A DNA stretch of 64,000 bases from Dehalococcoidia bacterium (GCA_011192005.1 DUFB01000062.1:12074-76073); one strand, 5' to 3'; positions 9,284 through 19,309 are shown, numbered from the stretch's first letter. Notes: generated by a model not told the origin, from the letters alone. A program made the numbers and translations.

Positions 9284-10876
9284 TTACAGCTCCACCTGCT
9301 TGACGGAATAAACTTCGGGGATTTCCAGTATCTTCTGCTGTATCTCCTCGGGCAGGGGCTCATCCAGAGTCAGTACCAGCATGGCTTTGCCTCTTTTCTG
9401 GAGTCGACCTAGGTGCATGGTGCTGATGTTAATATCGGCATCGCCGGTAATTTTGCCCACTGCGCCGATAAGGCCGGGGCGGTCGCGATGGTCGCTGAAC
9501 AGGAAGTAGGAGCCGGGAGTGGGGACGATATCCAGCCAGTATTCGCCGATGCGTACGATATGCATATCGTCATGCATCACCGTACCCGCCACGGCAAAAG
9601 AGGCCTGGTTGGTCTGGATTTCAACGGTGAGAAGGCTGGAGTAGTTTTCGCAATTGGCTTCTTTCTCCTCCACAATCGAAAGCCCCCTCTTGGCGGCAAC
9701 CAGGTTGCAGTTGACTAGGTTTACTCTCTCATCAGAAGTACCTTCCAGTAAACCGCCGATTACGGCTGCCTTGAGGATGTTGGTATCGTATTCGGATATA
9801 TCGCCTTCGTAACTGATACGGATGACCCTGGTCTGCCCCTCCGCCAGGCGGTAGACCAGTTTGCAGAGTGTCCTGGCAAGCTTGGTATAGGGTCGCAGGG
9901 CAGTCATCGTTTCCGAAGGTATGTAAGGCACGTTAACGGCAGCTCTGGCCGGTAGTCCTTTAAAGATCTCCACAATCTGCTCGGCGACGTCACGGGCAGC
10001 CAGTACCTGCGCCTCGGTGGTGGAAGCCCCCAGGTGGGGAGTTACGATAATGCTGTCCACACCGAAAAGTATGCTCTCGGTTATCGGCTCCTTCTCGAAG
10101 ACATCTACCGCGGCACCGGCAACACGTTTTTCCTTGATCGCCTTTACCAGGGCTTCCTCGTCAATCAGTCCACCGCGGGCGCAGTTGATTATTCTCACCG
10201 ACGGTTTGACCATGGCGAGCTCTTTGGTACCGATTATCTTCTTCGTCTTGTCATTCAGAGGGAGGTGGAGGGTGATAAAGTCCGATTCTCTCAGCAATGC
10301 CTTCATGTCGACCAGTTCTATATGCAGTTTCTGGGCGTAATCGGCGGAAACCAACGGGTCGTTACCAATGAGCTTCATCTCGAAGCTATGGGCACGCTTG
10401 GCTACCTCGGAGCCGACGTTACCCAGTCCGATGATGCCCAGTGCCTTGCCCCTTAGCTCCGTACCCATGAATTCGTTACGGCGCCACTGTCCCGATTTCA
10501 GAGATGCGTTTGCCTGGGGAACGTTCCTGGCCGAGGCCAGCAACAGGGCGATGGTATGTTCCGCTGCCGATACGGTATTACCCGTCGGGGCATTGACCAC
10601 CAGGACGCCGCACCGTGTCGCCGCGTCCACATCTACATTATCGATACCCACCCCGGCACGGGCAATAACCTGTAGGTTCCTGCCGGCTTCGATAATACTC
10701 TCTGTAACCTGGGTCTGACTCCTGACGATGAGAGCATCATAGTCCCCGATGATATCGATAATGCCCTGCGGCGCAAGATTGGGTTTGATATCGACCTGAG
10801 CCACATTACGCAGGCTTTCGATGCCTTCCTCGGAGATATCGTCGGTGATCAGCACCTTCATTTTTCTATCAAACAT
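9284..10876 (-). CDS. serA: D-3-phosphoglycerate dehydrogenase (long form with ACT domain)
   Basis: 530 aa. NAD fold GIIGLGNVGSEVA; 2-hydroxyacid dehydrogenase catalytic region (..PHLGAST). C-terminal ASB/ACT-length extension. Confidence 0.9.
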   Translation of the reverse strand: MFDRKMKVLITDDISEEGIESLRNVAQVDIKPNLAPQGIIDIIGDYDALIVRSQTQVTESIIEAGRNLQVIARAGVGIDNVDVDAATRCGVLVVNAPTGNTVSAAEHTIALLLASARNVPQANASLKSGQWRRNEFMGTELRGKALGIIGLGNVGSEVAKRAHSFEMKLIGNDPLVSADYAQKLHIELVDMKALLRESDFITLHLPLNDKTKKIIGTKELAMVKPSVRIINCARGGLIDEEALVKAIKEKRVAGAAVDVFEKEPITESILFGVDSIIVTPHLGASTTEAQVLAARDVAEQIVEIFKGLPARAAVNVPYIPSETMTALRPYTKLARTLCKLVYRLAEGQTRVIRISYEGDISEYDTNILKAAVIGGLLEGTSDERVNLVNCNLVAAKRGLSIVEEKEANCENYSSLLTVEIQTNQASFAVAGTVMHDDMHIVRIGEYWLDIVPTPGSYFLFSDHRDRPGLIGAVGKITGDADINISTMHLGRLQKRGKAMLVLTLDEPLPEEIQQKILEIPEVYSVKQVEL

Positions 10877-10894
10877 AGCTTTTTACCTAATATA

Positions 10895-11983
10895 TTAACC
10901 TGAGAAGCCTACTTTCGGCAAAACATCCTTGAGTGCCTTCAGCAAATCTGTGATATCCTTTTCGCTGACCAGGCCGAGGTGACCGATGCGGAATATCTTG
11001 CCGTCGAGTCTCTGTTGGCCTCCGGCCAGGACAATATCATGTTCTGACTGCACGAGCTGCCTGAGCTTTTTACCATCGACGCCATCGGGTACGACTACCG
11101 AGGACACGGTGTTGGAGGCGTATCTCTCGTCGGCAAACATGGAAAGCCCCAGAGCTTTAACGCCATCGCGGGTCATCTGACCGATACGGGCATGCCTTTT
11201 GAAAACATTCTGAATTCCCTCTTTCAGTATCATGTCCAACGAGACCGACAGGGCATAAACGACCGAGACCGCCGGTGTCCAGGGATTCTCACCTTTTTCA
11301 TAATAGCTTTTAGCCTTGCCGAAGTCCCAGTAGAAACGGGGCATCCTGGCTTTATCAAAAGCCTGCCAGGCTTCCCGGCTGATACTGACCATAGCCAGGC
11401 CGGGCGGTACCATCCAACCTTTCTGCGAGCCGGAAATTACGACGTCACACCGCCATTTGTCAACGGGAACATCTATGGAAGACAGGCTGCTGATAGCGTC
11501 AACCAGCAGTAATTTACCCGCAGCTTTAACCACTTTAGTGATTGGTTCGAGGTCGTTGGTGACACCAGTGGAGGTCTCGTTATGAGTGACCATCACCGCC
11601 TTAATATCAGGATTTGCTTTAATAGCATCCTTGATAGCGTCAGGGTCAGCAGCCTTGCCCCACTCGAAATTAAGAGGAACGACATCGGCGCCGAATGTCC
11701 TGGCGATATTAGCCCAGCGGTCGCCGAAAACGCCGATGGATACAGATAGCACCTTATCGCCGGGCGACAGCATATTGACCACAGCCGCCTCGAGCCCACC
11801 CGTACCCGAGCCGGTCAGCAGATAGAGGTCATTTTCGGTCTGGTAGACCTTTTTTATTTTGTCCGTGACCTCGTAGAGCATCTTTTTGAACTCGGGTCCG
11901 CGATGGTTAACCATCGGCCAACCCATTGCCTCGAGGACTTCCGGCGGGCAGGGGGTCGGTCCCGGGATGCGTAACTGTGTCAT
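10895..11983 (-). CDS. class-V PLP aminotransferase (AGXT/serine-pyruvate type; likely the phosphoserine aminotransferase partner of SerA)
   Basis: 362 aa. PLP-lysine motif SGSQKGW. Immediately upstream of serA in the same operon. CAGGAGA SD. Confidence 0.8.
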   Translation of the reverse strand: MTQLRIPGPTPCPPEVLEAMGWPMVNHRGPEFKKMLYEVTDKIKKVYQTENDLYLLTGSGTGGLEAAVVNMLSPGDKVLSVSIGVFGDRWANIARTFGADVVPLNFEWGKAADPDAIKDAIKANPDIKAVMVTHNETSTGVTNDLEPITKVVKAAGKLLLVDAISSLSSIDVPVDKWRCDVVISGSQKGWMVPPGLAMVSISREAWQAFDKARMPRFYWDFGKAKSYYEKGENPWTPAVSVVYALSVSLDMILKEGIQNVFKRHARIGQMTRDGVKALGLSMFADERYASNTVSSVVVPDGVDGKKLRQLVQSEHDIVLAGGQQRLDGKIFRIGHLGLVSEKDITDLLKALKDVLPKVGFSG

Positions 11984-12015
11984 TTGTTTGTCTCCTGTTG
12001 GTTATTTTATTTATA

Positions 12016-13242
12016 TCAGGTAGTTTTTAAGTAGCGTCTTTTACCCACTTTAATAGTGGCGCCGCGGGAAACAAGATGATTAATTCCCGAGACTTTCTGA
12101 CCGTTAATAGTAACTGCGCCTTGTTTGATAAGGCGTACTGCCTCACTACGGCTGGAACATAAACCAGCCTGAGTCATGAGTTGGCTAAGGAACATATCAT
12201 TAATTAGAGTATATTCCTCAATTTCATCCGGCTCTTCCTTCTTCTGCACCACCTTTTCAAAATGTTCCTCGGCCTCGTCGGCGCTTTTCTTACCGTAAAG
12301 CTGGTTGACGATATCCCGCGCCAGGCGTTTCTTCAGCATCATCGGATTAACGCCGCTATCCAGCTGCTTTTTCATTCCCCGCAGTTCTGATTCGGGGACA
12401 TCGGTCAATAGTTCAAAATACGGTATGATAGCTTCATCCCTGATGGACATCACCTTGCCGTATATCTGCTCCGGCGGTTCATCAACGCCGATGTAATTGC
12501 CGGTTGTCTTGGACATCCGCTGCACCCCGTCGGTACCCACGAGCACCGGATAGGTAATACAGACCTGCGGTTTTTGTCCGTAAACTTCCTGAAGCTTACG
12601 ACCTGCCATGAGATTAAAGAGCTGCTCGGTAGCGCCGATTTGCACATCAGCCTGCAAGCTGACGGCATCATAGCCCTGCGCCAGCGGGTACAGCAACTCT
12701 CGCAGCCAGATGGGGTCGTTTTTATCGTAGCGGTTGCGGAGTCGGTCGCGCACGAGGAACTGCTGCACGGTAAAGCATGAAGCCATACTGATAACGTCAG
12801 CGAAGGTCAGCTTGCTCAGCCACTCGTAGTTATAGCGAATCTTTGTTTTCACCGGGTCGAGTATCTTTAAAGCCTGGTCGGCATATGTCTGGGCATTCTT
12901 CCTGATATCTTCCTCCAAGGCTATTTTACGGGCTTCGTCACGGTCGCTGGGGTCGCCAATCAGCGTGGTAAACGTGCCTATCAGGAAAGTAACTTCGTGG
13001 CCGAAATCCTGGAACTGCCGCATTTTCCTCAGGATAACCATGTGTCCCAGATGGATATCGGGGGCGGTGACATCGTAGCCACAGTAAACCCGGAGCGGAC
13101 GTCCTTCTGCCTGTGCTTCGGTAAGTTTCTGGCGCAGCTCGCTGGTCATCATTTCTTTTATCTGCAGGTCACCGAATTCGGAACACTGCATGATAACGGA
13201 AACCTGTTGATCTACGGATTCCAAGTCGCCCTCCTCCCTCAT
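12016..13242 (-). CDS. tyrS: tyrosine--tRNA ligase (Thermus-type, with C-terminal S4 domain)
   Basis: HIGH as DIHLGH, KMSKS as RMSKT, S4-like C-terminus. ATGA overlap with the ribF stop. A TTG at 13224 behind GGGAGGAGG is an alternative start. Confidence 0.9.
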   Translation of the reverse strand: MREEGDLESVDQQVSVIMQCSEFGDLQIKEMMTSELRQKLTEAQAEGRPLRVYCGYDVTAPDIHLGHMVILRKMRQFQDFGHEVTFLIGTFTTLIGDPSDRDEARKIALEEDIRKNAQTYADQALKILDPVKTKIRYNYEWLSKLTFADVISMASCFTVQQFLVRDRLRNRYDKNDPIWLRELLYPLAQGYDAVSLQADVQIGATEQLFNLMAGRKLQEVYGQKPQVCITYPVLVGTDGVQRMSKTTGNYIGVDEPPEQIYGKVMSIRDEAIIPYFELLTDVPESELRGMKKQLDSGVNPMMLKKRLARDIVNQLYGKKSADEAEEHFEKVVQKKEEPDEIEEYTLINDMFLSQLMTQAGLCSSRSEAVRLIKQGAVTINGQKVSGINHLVSRGATIKVGKRRYLKTT

Positions 13243-14225
13243 GACTGGCTAACTTCTGCCGAGTCCAGGATTTTCTTGCCCCGCTTGATATCTCTGGCTA
13301 TCTGTGTCTTGAGCTCATCGATACTGCCGAATTTTTCCTCGTCGCGTAACTTACCGACCAGGTCGACGTACAGGTCGCTCCCGTATAGGTCGCCGCTATA
13401 ATCGATAATATATGTTTCAATGGTACGCTCGGTGCTGTCGAACGTGGGGCACAGTCCCACATTTGTCAGCGATTCGTAAGCCTTGCCGTTGATATGAGCC
13501 CAGCTGGTATACACACCGTCGGGTGGTAACGCCTGTCCCTTGCTGACATTCAGGTTGGCGGTAGGGAACCCCAACCCCTCGCCGCGTCCGGTACCGGGAA
13601 CAACCTTACCGTGAAGACTGAAATAATGCCCGGCAAGCTTGCGTACTCTGGGCATATCTCCCGCCGCCATCGCCTTTCTTATAGCGGTACTGCTGACGAT
13701 TTCGCCATTTATCACCAGCGGCGGTACCACGGTAACCCTGAAGCCCTTCTCTTTGCCGAGTTTTTCCAGTACGACTATGTCACCGGCTCTATCCCTTCCC
13801 AGGGCGAAATCCTCCCCGATGACCAGATGGCGCATTTTCAGGTGCTTCTGCAGCAGACCGATAAAAGCCCGGGCATCGAGTTGCGCCAGTTCTCTGGAAA
13901 AAGTCAGCGGCACCACGAAGTCCACGCCTTCCTTTTTCAGAAAGCTGGTCCTGGCTTTCATATCGGTCAGGAAGGGCAGCTTGAATTTGGGAGAAAAGAG
14001 GTCCTCGGGATGTTGCCGGAAGGTGATAACACCCGAAACCAAATCATCCTGTTTCGCCTGTTCGAGCAGTACGGATATCAGGTATTTATGTCCCAGATGT
14101 ACGCCGTCAAAAACACCGATGGTAAGCGCGGTGTCTTTCGTGGAAGTAAACCTGTCTAGTTCTTCCTCGACCAGCACTGATTCTTCTCCTGAGATTTGTC
14201 TTGATTCCTGGGACGATATATCCAC
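13239..14225 (-). CDS. ribF: bifunctional riboflavin kinase / FAD synthetase
   Basis: GVFDGVHLGH nucleotidyltransferase motif. Kinase half contains GTGRGEGLGFPTANL. Longest ORF starts at GTG 14225; GTG 14177 preceded by GGAGAAG is the more likely start. Confidence 0.9.
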   Translation of the reverse strand: MDISSQESRQISGEESVLVEEELDRFTSTKDTALTIGVFDGVHLGHKYLISVLLEQAKQDDLVSGVITFRQHPEDLFSPKFKLPFLTDMKARTSFLKKEGVDFVVPLTFSRELAQLDARAFIGLLQKHLKMRHLVIGEDFALGRDRAGDIVVLEKLGKEKGFRVTVVPPLVINGEIVSSTAIRKAMAAGDMPRVRKLAGHYFSLHGKVVPGTGRGEGLGFPTANLNVSKGQALPPDGVYTSWAHINGKAYESLTNVGLCPTFDSTERTIETYIIDYSGDLYGSDLYVDLVGKLRDEEKFGSIDELKTQIARDIKRGKKILDSAEVSQS

Positions 14226-14265
14226 CAGTTCCCAGGTTCATATATACGACTAATTTACACTATAA

Positions 14266-14294
14266 ATACTATCATATGCATAGCTTAGAATCAA
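14266..14294 (-). promoter_or_regulatory. putative sigma70-type promoter for ribF-tyrS-serC-serA
   Basis: Reverse strand TTGATT (14294-14289), 17-nt spacer, TAGTAT (14271-14266). Confidence 0.4.
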
Positions 14295-14355
14295 CGGAAA
14301 AATCGGTAAAATTTACATAATGCTGATAGTATTCGAATACTGAGTGTGGGACTAA

Positions 14356-15675
14356 TTACCCGGCGCCGAACTTATAAAAAACAAGTCCTGCGGGCATTTT
14401 GGGATAAAAATACGTCGATTTCTTGGGCATGCGTTCGCCGCTGTCAGCGATGGTCTTAATCATTTCCGGCTTCACCGGATTAACCAGGAAAGCCAGCTGG
14501 TATTCACGTGAAGAGACCGTTTTAATTGCCTCTGCAGCATCATAAGTATAGGAAAGGTGAAAGTCAGAGGTACCGGGAGTATATCCCATTAATTCTTCAA
14601 GGATAAAATGGTCAACAATGCTCACATCCAGCTTGGCGTTATATTCGGAAAAAAAGCCGGGCATCATCCCGCTGATAGTCGCCTCGTCACGCAGTTCAAG
14701 CAGCAGGGCAGAGTTTTCCTTTAGTCCGTAGGCCATTAGCCTTACAGAGCCGGTGTCACCAGCCCGTAAAAGATTTAGCGCATCGTTAATACCGGAGTTA
14801 TTCGGAAATACCTCTTTGATGGTGAAAAACGTTTCCAGTCCGTTCATTATTCCAGAGAGCACGGACCTTGATATACCGCGTACCAGACGGTGGGCGGGTA
14901 ATATCAGAAGGCCGGGATCGGCAAACTCGACCAGCGTCATCATAACGAAATCGTAGGGCTCTTCCACCGATTCAGAAGGAGTACCGAAACGTTTCTCATG
15001 CTTATAGGCAAGGGCGCTTTCATAACGGTGGTGGCCGTCGGCTATGTAGAGTGGTTTCCGGGCAAGATAGCGGGTAATCCCGTCGATAGCTTCAGCATTA
15101 TCAACCGACCATAGGTTAATGATTTCTCCGTTTTCATATTCCGCCTGCAGCAGCGTTTCGTGCTTGCTTTCCGAATCGAGCCGTGATGATACGGTATTAC
15201 CGCTGTCTTCATATAAAGCCAGAATCGGGCTGGTATTGGCCTGTACCATCCACAGCATGCTGAGGCGGTCGCCCCTGGCTCTGGAAATCGTGCCCTCGTG
15301 AGGTCTAACAACCATCCTGTCCCACTCCTCGAGCTTTACCAGGCAGGTGATGCTGCGTCGGCGGTATTTTTTATTCTGATAGGTAAAATGGTGTTCGTGA
15401 AGATATACGGCCGGTAAATCATCAACATGGAGCGTGCCTTTTTCCAGCCATCTCCTGACGGTGTCGGCGGCGCGAATATACTTGTTATCCGTGTCATTAT
15501 CATGGGGCAGTTCCCGTCCGTACTCGATACGCACGAAATTGGCGTCGTCTTGCTGATAGAGCTCCTGCTGTATCAGGGGGGTGATGATATCATAGGGAGG
15601 GCAGAGAACCTTCGCTATATCTTTCACCAGCGATGGATTGTAGTGCACGCCATGAAAAGGACGAATATCCGCCAA
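14356..15675 (-). CDS. DUF1015-family protein (function unknown)
   Basis: 439 aa. IRPF N-terminus and ADGHHRYE motif typical of DUF1015. TTG start behind CAGGAGC. Confidence 0.75.
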   Translation of the reverse strand: MADIRPFHGVHYNPSLVKDIAKVLCPPYDIITPLIQQELYQQDDANFVRIEYGRELPHDNDTDNKYIRAADTVRRWLEKGTLHVDDLPAVYLHEHHFTYQNKKYRRRSITCLVKLEEWDRMVVRPHEGTISRARGDRLSMLWMVQANTSPILALYEDSGNTVSSRLDSESKHETLLQAEYENGEIINLWSVDNAEAIDGITRYLARKPLYIADGHHRYESALAYKHEKRFGTPSESVEEPYDFVMMTLVEFADPGLLILPAHRLVRGISRSVLSGIMNGLETFFTIKEVFPNNSGINDALNLLRAGDTGSVRLMAYGLKENSALLLELRDEATISGMMPGFFSEYNAKLDVSIVDHFILEELMGYTPGTSDFHLSYTYDAAEAIKTVSSREYQLAFLVNPVKPEMIKTIADSGERMPKKSTYFYPKMPAGLVFYKFGAG

Positions 15676-15769
15676 ACCAGGCTCCTGACCGTATGATATC
15701 GCGGTACTGACGGTAATAGTTTAACGTATCATCCGAAACAGGCGCAAGTGCCGCGTACTGTAAATAACC

Positions 15770-15799
15770 TTGCCATAAATTCGATGCGGGTGTTAGAAT
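15770..15799 (+). promoter_or_regulatory. putative promoter, extended -10, for a leaderless MBL-hydrolase mRNA
   Basis: TTGCCA (15770-15775), 18-nt spacer ending in TGt, TAGAAT (15794-15799). ATG at 15805 only 5 nt downstream, no SD. Confidence 0.45.
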
Positions 15800-15804
15800 T
15801 AAAC

Positions 15805-16419
15805 ATGATTGTCAAGAAACTCGTCGTGGGACCTATCGCCAGCAACTGCTATATCGTCGGTTCAGAAAAGGCCGGGGAAGGCATGATTATCGACCCCGGT
15901 GCCGACGCTTATGATATTCTCGCCGCTGTTGAGAAAGCTAAGTTGAAGATAACACTAATCGTGCTGACCCACCGTCACCCCGACCATGTCGGCGCGGCAG
16001 CTCAGGTAAAGCAGGCCACCGACGCCCCGATGGCGGCTCACGCCGAATGCGCCCGGTATTTGCCACAGTCGTCCAGCTACGTTTACGAACCCCCGTACCA
16101 GGGTGCTCCCAAACCGGAACGTATCCTCGACGACGGTGATATTATAGAAGTTGGTGAATTAAGCTTTACCGTCCTGCACACGCCGGGGCATACCCCCTGC
16201 GGCATCAGCCTCTACGGGGAAGGGCACGTCTTCACCGGGGATACCCTTTTCAACTACGGCATAGGGCGCTACGACCTTATCGACGGGGACTACGACCAGC
16301 TGATGAACAGCATCAAGACCAAGCTGCTTACCCTCCCACCGGATACCATCGTCCACCCGGGCCACGGCCCCGACTCCACCATCGCCACCGAGATACGGGC
16401 TAATCCGTTTTTAAAGTAA
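15805..16419 (+). CDS. MBL-fold metallo-hydrolase
   Basis: THRHPDH (HxHxDH) and HTPGHTP motifs. The ATG at 15805 gives the usual MIVKKLVVGP... start. The track ORF begins at an upstream GTG (15748). Confidence 0.8.
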   Translation: MIVKKLVVGPIASNCYIVGSEKAGEGMIIDPGADAYDILAAVEKAKLKITLIVLTHRHPDHVGAAAQVKQATDAPMAAHAECARYLPQSSSYVYEPPYQGAPKPERILDDGDIIEVGELSFTVLHTPGHTPCGISLYGEGHVFTGDTLFNYGIGRYDLIDGDYDQLMNSIKTKLLTLPPDTIVHPGHGPDSTIATEIRANPFLK

Positions 16420-16441
16420 ATAATTTCATTTGTGAATAGCG

Positions 16442-16819
16442 ATGACAACAAAGCCCCTACTTAGCAAGCTAGAACACAATTTGCTATCAATGCATGTTGA
16501 TGACGTTGAGCCCTTGCTTGTACTTTACAATGATATTTGTAATAGAGACATTGTTTTAGCAACCATTAATCAAATTTCGAGAGCTTTAGCTAAGTTATTA
16601 AAATTGGGCTTATCCGAATGTTTTTGGGTCACAGTAGATGGGAAATGGGAAAAGTGCAGCCAGATTAGCTTTCAAGATCTGGAGAAACATATTAAAAATT
16701 ATACTCCTGAGGAAAATGCTAGTCATCAATCAATATTAATTAGTGACTATTACTTTAAAATCACACAACAAGGTAGATTAGAAGAAACTAAAAAAGAATA
16801 TGATTCATACTATTTATAA
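16442..16819 (+). CDS. hypothetical protein in an AT-rich islet
   Basis: 125-aa ORF with no motif I recognise. About one-third G+C by hand count versus over one-half in flanking genes. Confidence 0.45.
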   Translation: MTTKPLLSKLEHNLLSMHVDDVEPLLVLYNDICNRDIVLATINQISRALAKLLKLGLSECFWVTVDGKWEKCSQISFQDLEKHIKNYTPEENASHQSILISDYYFKITQQGRLEETKKEYDSYYL

Positions 16820-16856
16820 GTATTATTTCACCATTTAGTTTATAGGTTATTTATAC

Positions 16857-16887
16857 AAAAAGGGGCATGACTTTAACATCATGCCCC
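16857..16887. terminator. intrinsic terminator between convergent genes (mainly serves hppA)
   Basis: GGGGCATGA-8 nt-TCATGCCCC (16862-16887). On the reverse strand it is followed by a TTTTT run. Confidence 0.7.
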
Positions 16888-16912
16888 TTATCTTCAACTA
16901 AACTCGATATAT

Positions 16913-19066
16913 CTACGTGGTGACGAACAGCGGGCACATCACCAGGGTAACGGTAGCCAGCAATTTAACTAAAACATGCAGGGAAGGCCCCGCCGTATCC
17001 TTGAGCGGGTCTCCCACCGTGTCCCCGACGACTGCCGCGGCATGCGCCGGTGTACCTTTACCGAGGACTTCACCCTTATCATCCTTTAGCTGTGAGTCTT
17101 CAATCATCTTCTTGGCATTGTCCCAGGCGCCACCGCCGTTGTTCATGAAGGAAGCCAGCAGAATACCGGCAATGGTTCCCACCATGAGCACGGCCGCCAC
17201 CGCCATCGCGGCATCATAGCCCGGTATAAACCGGAAAATAACACCGATTACTATCGGTCCCAGAACTGGAAGCAGTCCGGGGGCAATCATCTCTCGCAGT
17301 CCGGCGCGGGTGGTGATATCCACCGCCTTGCCATAGTCCGGCTGGTGGGGGTGTTCCGGGTCTTTGGGATTTAATATCTCGGGGTCGGCGCGGAACTGAC
17401 GGCGTACTTCTTCGATGATTTTCGAAGCCGTCTTACCGACAGCCTTGATCGCCCAGGAGCTGAAGAGATAGACAATCATGGCGGCCAGCAATGCCCCGAC
17501 AAAGACCTCGATTTTGGCAATATTTACAATGCTGTATAAACCAGTCTCGCCGTGCTGGATAAAGGAGACCCTGTCCAGGTAAGCCTGGAAGAGTAGGAAA
17601 GCCGCCAGTCCGGCCGAGACCATGGCATAACCCTTGGTGAGGGCTTTGGTGGTATTACCAACGGCATCGAGCCGGTCGGTGATGCGTCTGATTTCCGGTC
17701 CGGCACCGGCCATTTCGTTGATGCCGTTGGCATTATCGGTAATCGGTCCGAAGGTGTCCATGGAAAGTACATACGGGCAGGTCATCAGCATGCCCATCGT
17801 CGCTACTGCCGTCCCGAAAGCACCGGCGCCGTGCACGCCGCTCTCATTCCCCATCCAGTAAGCCAGCAGCAGGGCTATTCCGATTACCATAGCCGTTGCG
17901 AAGGTAGTCGCAAAGCCCACCGACATACCCATGATTATATTGGTGGCCGGGCCCGTCTTGGACGATTCGGCAATATCCTGCACGGGTCGGTAGCGGGCCT
18001 CCGTGTAGTATTGTGTTATGAAGACGATGACAACGCTGGCGATGATACCTATCATGCCCGCGCCGAAGAGCCACCAGTTATCCAGCATGAGATAGACGGT
18101 TATCGCCAGCCCGACGACGGATAAAGCGATGGCGATAAAATAGCCCCGATTGAGGGCGTTCATGGCATTCTCATTCTCTTTAGCCTTGACGAACAGCAGA
18201 CCTATCATGCTGGCGATCATGCCGAAACCACGGACGCAGAGCGGGAACAGTATCCAAGCTACATCTCCCGTGGCAACATAAGCGGCGATACCGAGTATCA
18301 TTGCACCGATATTCTCGGCAGCCGTGGACTCGAACAGGTCGGCGCCACGACCGGCGCAGTCGCCGACATTATCGCCGACGAGGTCGGCAATTACGGCCGG
18401 ATTTCGCGGGTCATCCTCGGGAATGCCCGATTCGACCTTACCGACAAGGTCGGCACCTACATCGGCGGCTTTGGTATATATACCACCACCGAGCTGAGCG
18501 AACAGGGCGACAAAACTGGCACCAAAACCGAAACCGACGATAAGGTGCGGGGCAATATCGGGGTTATTATTACCGCCGTAAGCAAAGAAGATGATGGTAA
18601 CACCGATAAGACTCAGGGCGGTGATGAGGAAACCGGAAACAGCTCCGCCGCGCAACGCCACGTTCACCGCCTCGGTGAGACTCTTCTGGGCAGCCGCGGC
18701 ACAGCGTACGTTTGACTTCACGGCGATATACATTCCGATAAACCCGGCCAGGCCGGAACAAAAAGCGCCGACGAGGAAAGCGACGGCAGTACGCCAGCCG
18801 ATATCAAATTCGCTTAAACCCTCCACTTCGGTACCACCGAGTACAGCCACAACAACACCGATGATTACCGCTATAACCACCGAGTACATGGCAATAGTGG
18901 TGTACTGACGTTTAAGGAAGGCCCAGGCGCCTTGAAAGATAATATCGCCTATCTCCTTCATTTTGGGAGTACCCGTGGGGCGTTTCAGTACGTTCCTGGC
19001 CAGTATGATGGCGAAAAGAACGGTTATTACCCCGGCTACGGGCACTATCCAGAATATTCCTGGCAT
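16913..19066 (-). CDS. hppA: membrane-bound proton/sodium-translocating pyrophosphatase
   Basis: 717 aa, about 16 TM helices. GGGIYTKAADVGADLVGK and DNVGDCAGRGADLFES motifs. Confidence 0.95.
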   Translation of the reverse strand: MPGIFWIVPVAGVITVLFAIILARNVLKRPTGTPKMKEIGDIIFQGAWAFLKRQYTTIAMYSVVIAVIIGVVVAVLGGTEVEGLSEFDIGWRTAVAFLVGAFCSGLAGFIGMYIAVKSNVRCAAAAQKSLTEAVNVALRGGAVSGFLITALSLIGVTIIFFAYGGNNNPDIAPHLIVGFGFGASFVALFAQLGGGIYTKAADVGADLVGKVESGIPEDDPRNPAVIADLVGDNVGDCAGRGADLFESTAAENIGAMILGIAAYVATGDVAWILFPLCVRGFGMIASMIGLLFVKAKENENAMNALNRGYFIAIALSVVGLAITVYLMLDNWWLFGAGMIGIIASVVIVFITQYYTEARYRPVQDIAESSKTGPATNIIMGMSVGFATTFATAMVIGIALLLAYWMGNESGVHGAGAFGTAVATMGMLMTCPYVLSMDTFGPITDNANGINEMAGAGPEIRRITDRLDAVGNTTKALTKGYAMVSAGLAAFLLFQAYLDRVSFIQHGETGLYSIVNIAKIEVFVGALLAAMIVYLFSSWAIKAVGKTASKIIEEVRRQFRADPEILNPKDPEHPHQPDYGKAVDITTRAGLREMIAPGLLPVLGPIVIGVIFRFIPGYDAAMAVAAVLMVGTIAGILLASFMNNGGGAWDNAKKMIEDSQLKDDKGEVLGKGTPAHAAAVVGDTVGDPLKDTAGPSLHVLVKLLATVTLVMCPLFVTT

Positions 19067-19168
19067 TTCACCTCTTTTCCAGCTGAAACAAGACAGCTTA
19101 AGTTTGGTTTTATTAGTTCCTGACGGCTAAAGCATTCTAAGGATACCGTCCGGGTAATTTTGATTATT

Positions 19169-19202
19169 AAAAACTTAGAGCAGGGTATACCACTCCTGCT
19201 CT
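19169..19202 (-). terminator. intrinsic terminator after the cupin-like gene
   Basis: AGAGCAGG-10 nt-CCTGCTCT (19177-19202). In reverse orientation followed by AAGTTTTTAAT. Confidence 0.6.
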
Positions 19203-19309
19203 AAAAATGCTGATGTCATGTCTACAGGCATATGCCAAAATTATATATTATCGGCAGGGTGTTGTCCATAGTCATGTCTAGAAAACGAGCCACGCCCTGT
19301 CTCTTACCC

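Noticed and set aside
13239-13242. T-box leader for tyrS
   Set aside because: tyrS overlaps the ribF stop by 4 nt (ATGA), so there is no leader in which a T-box could reside.
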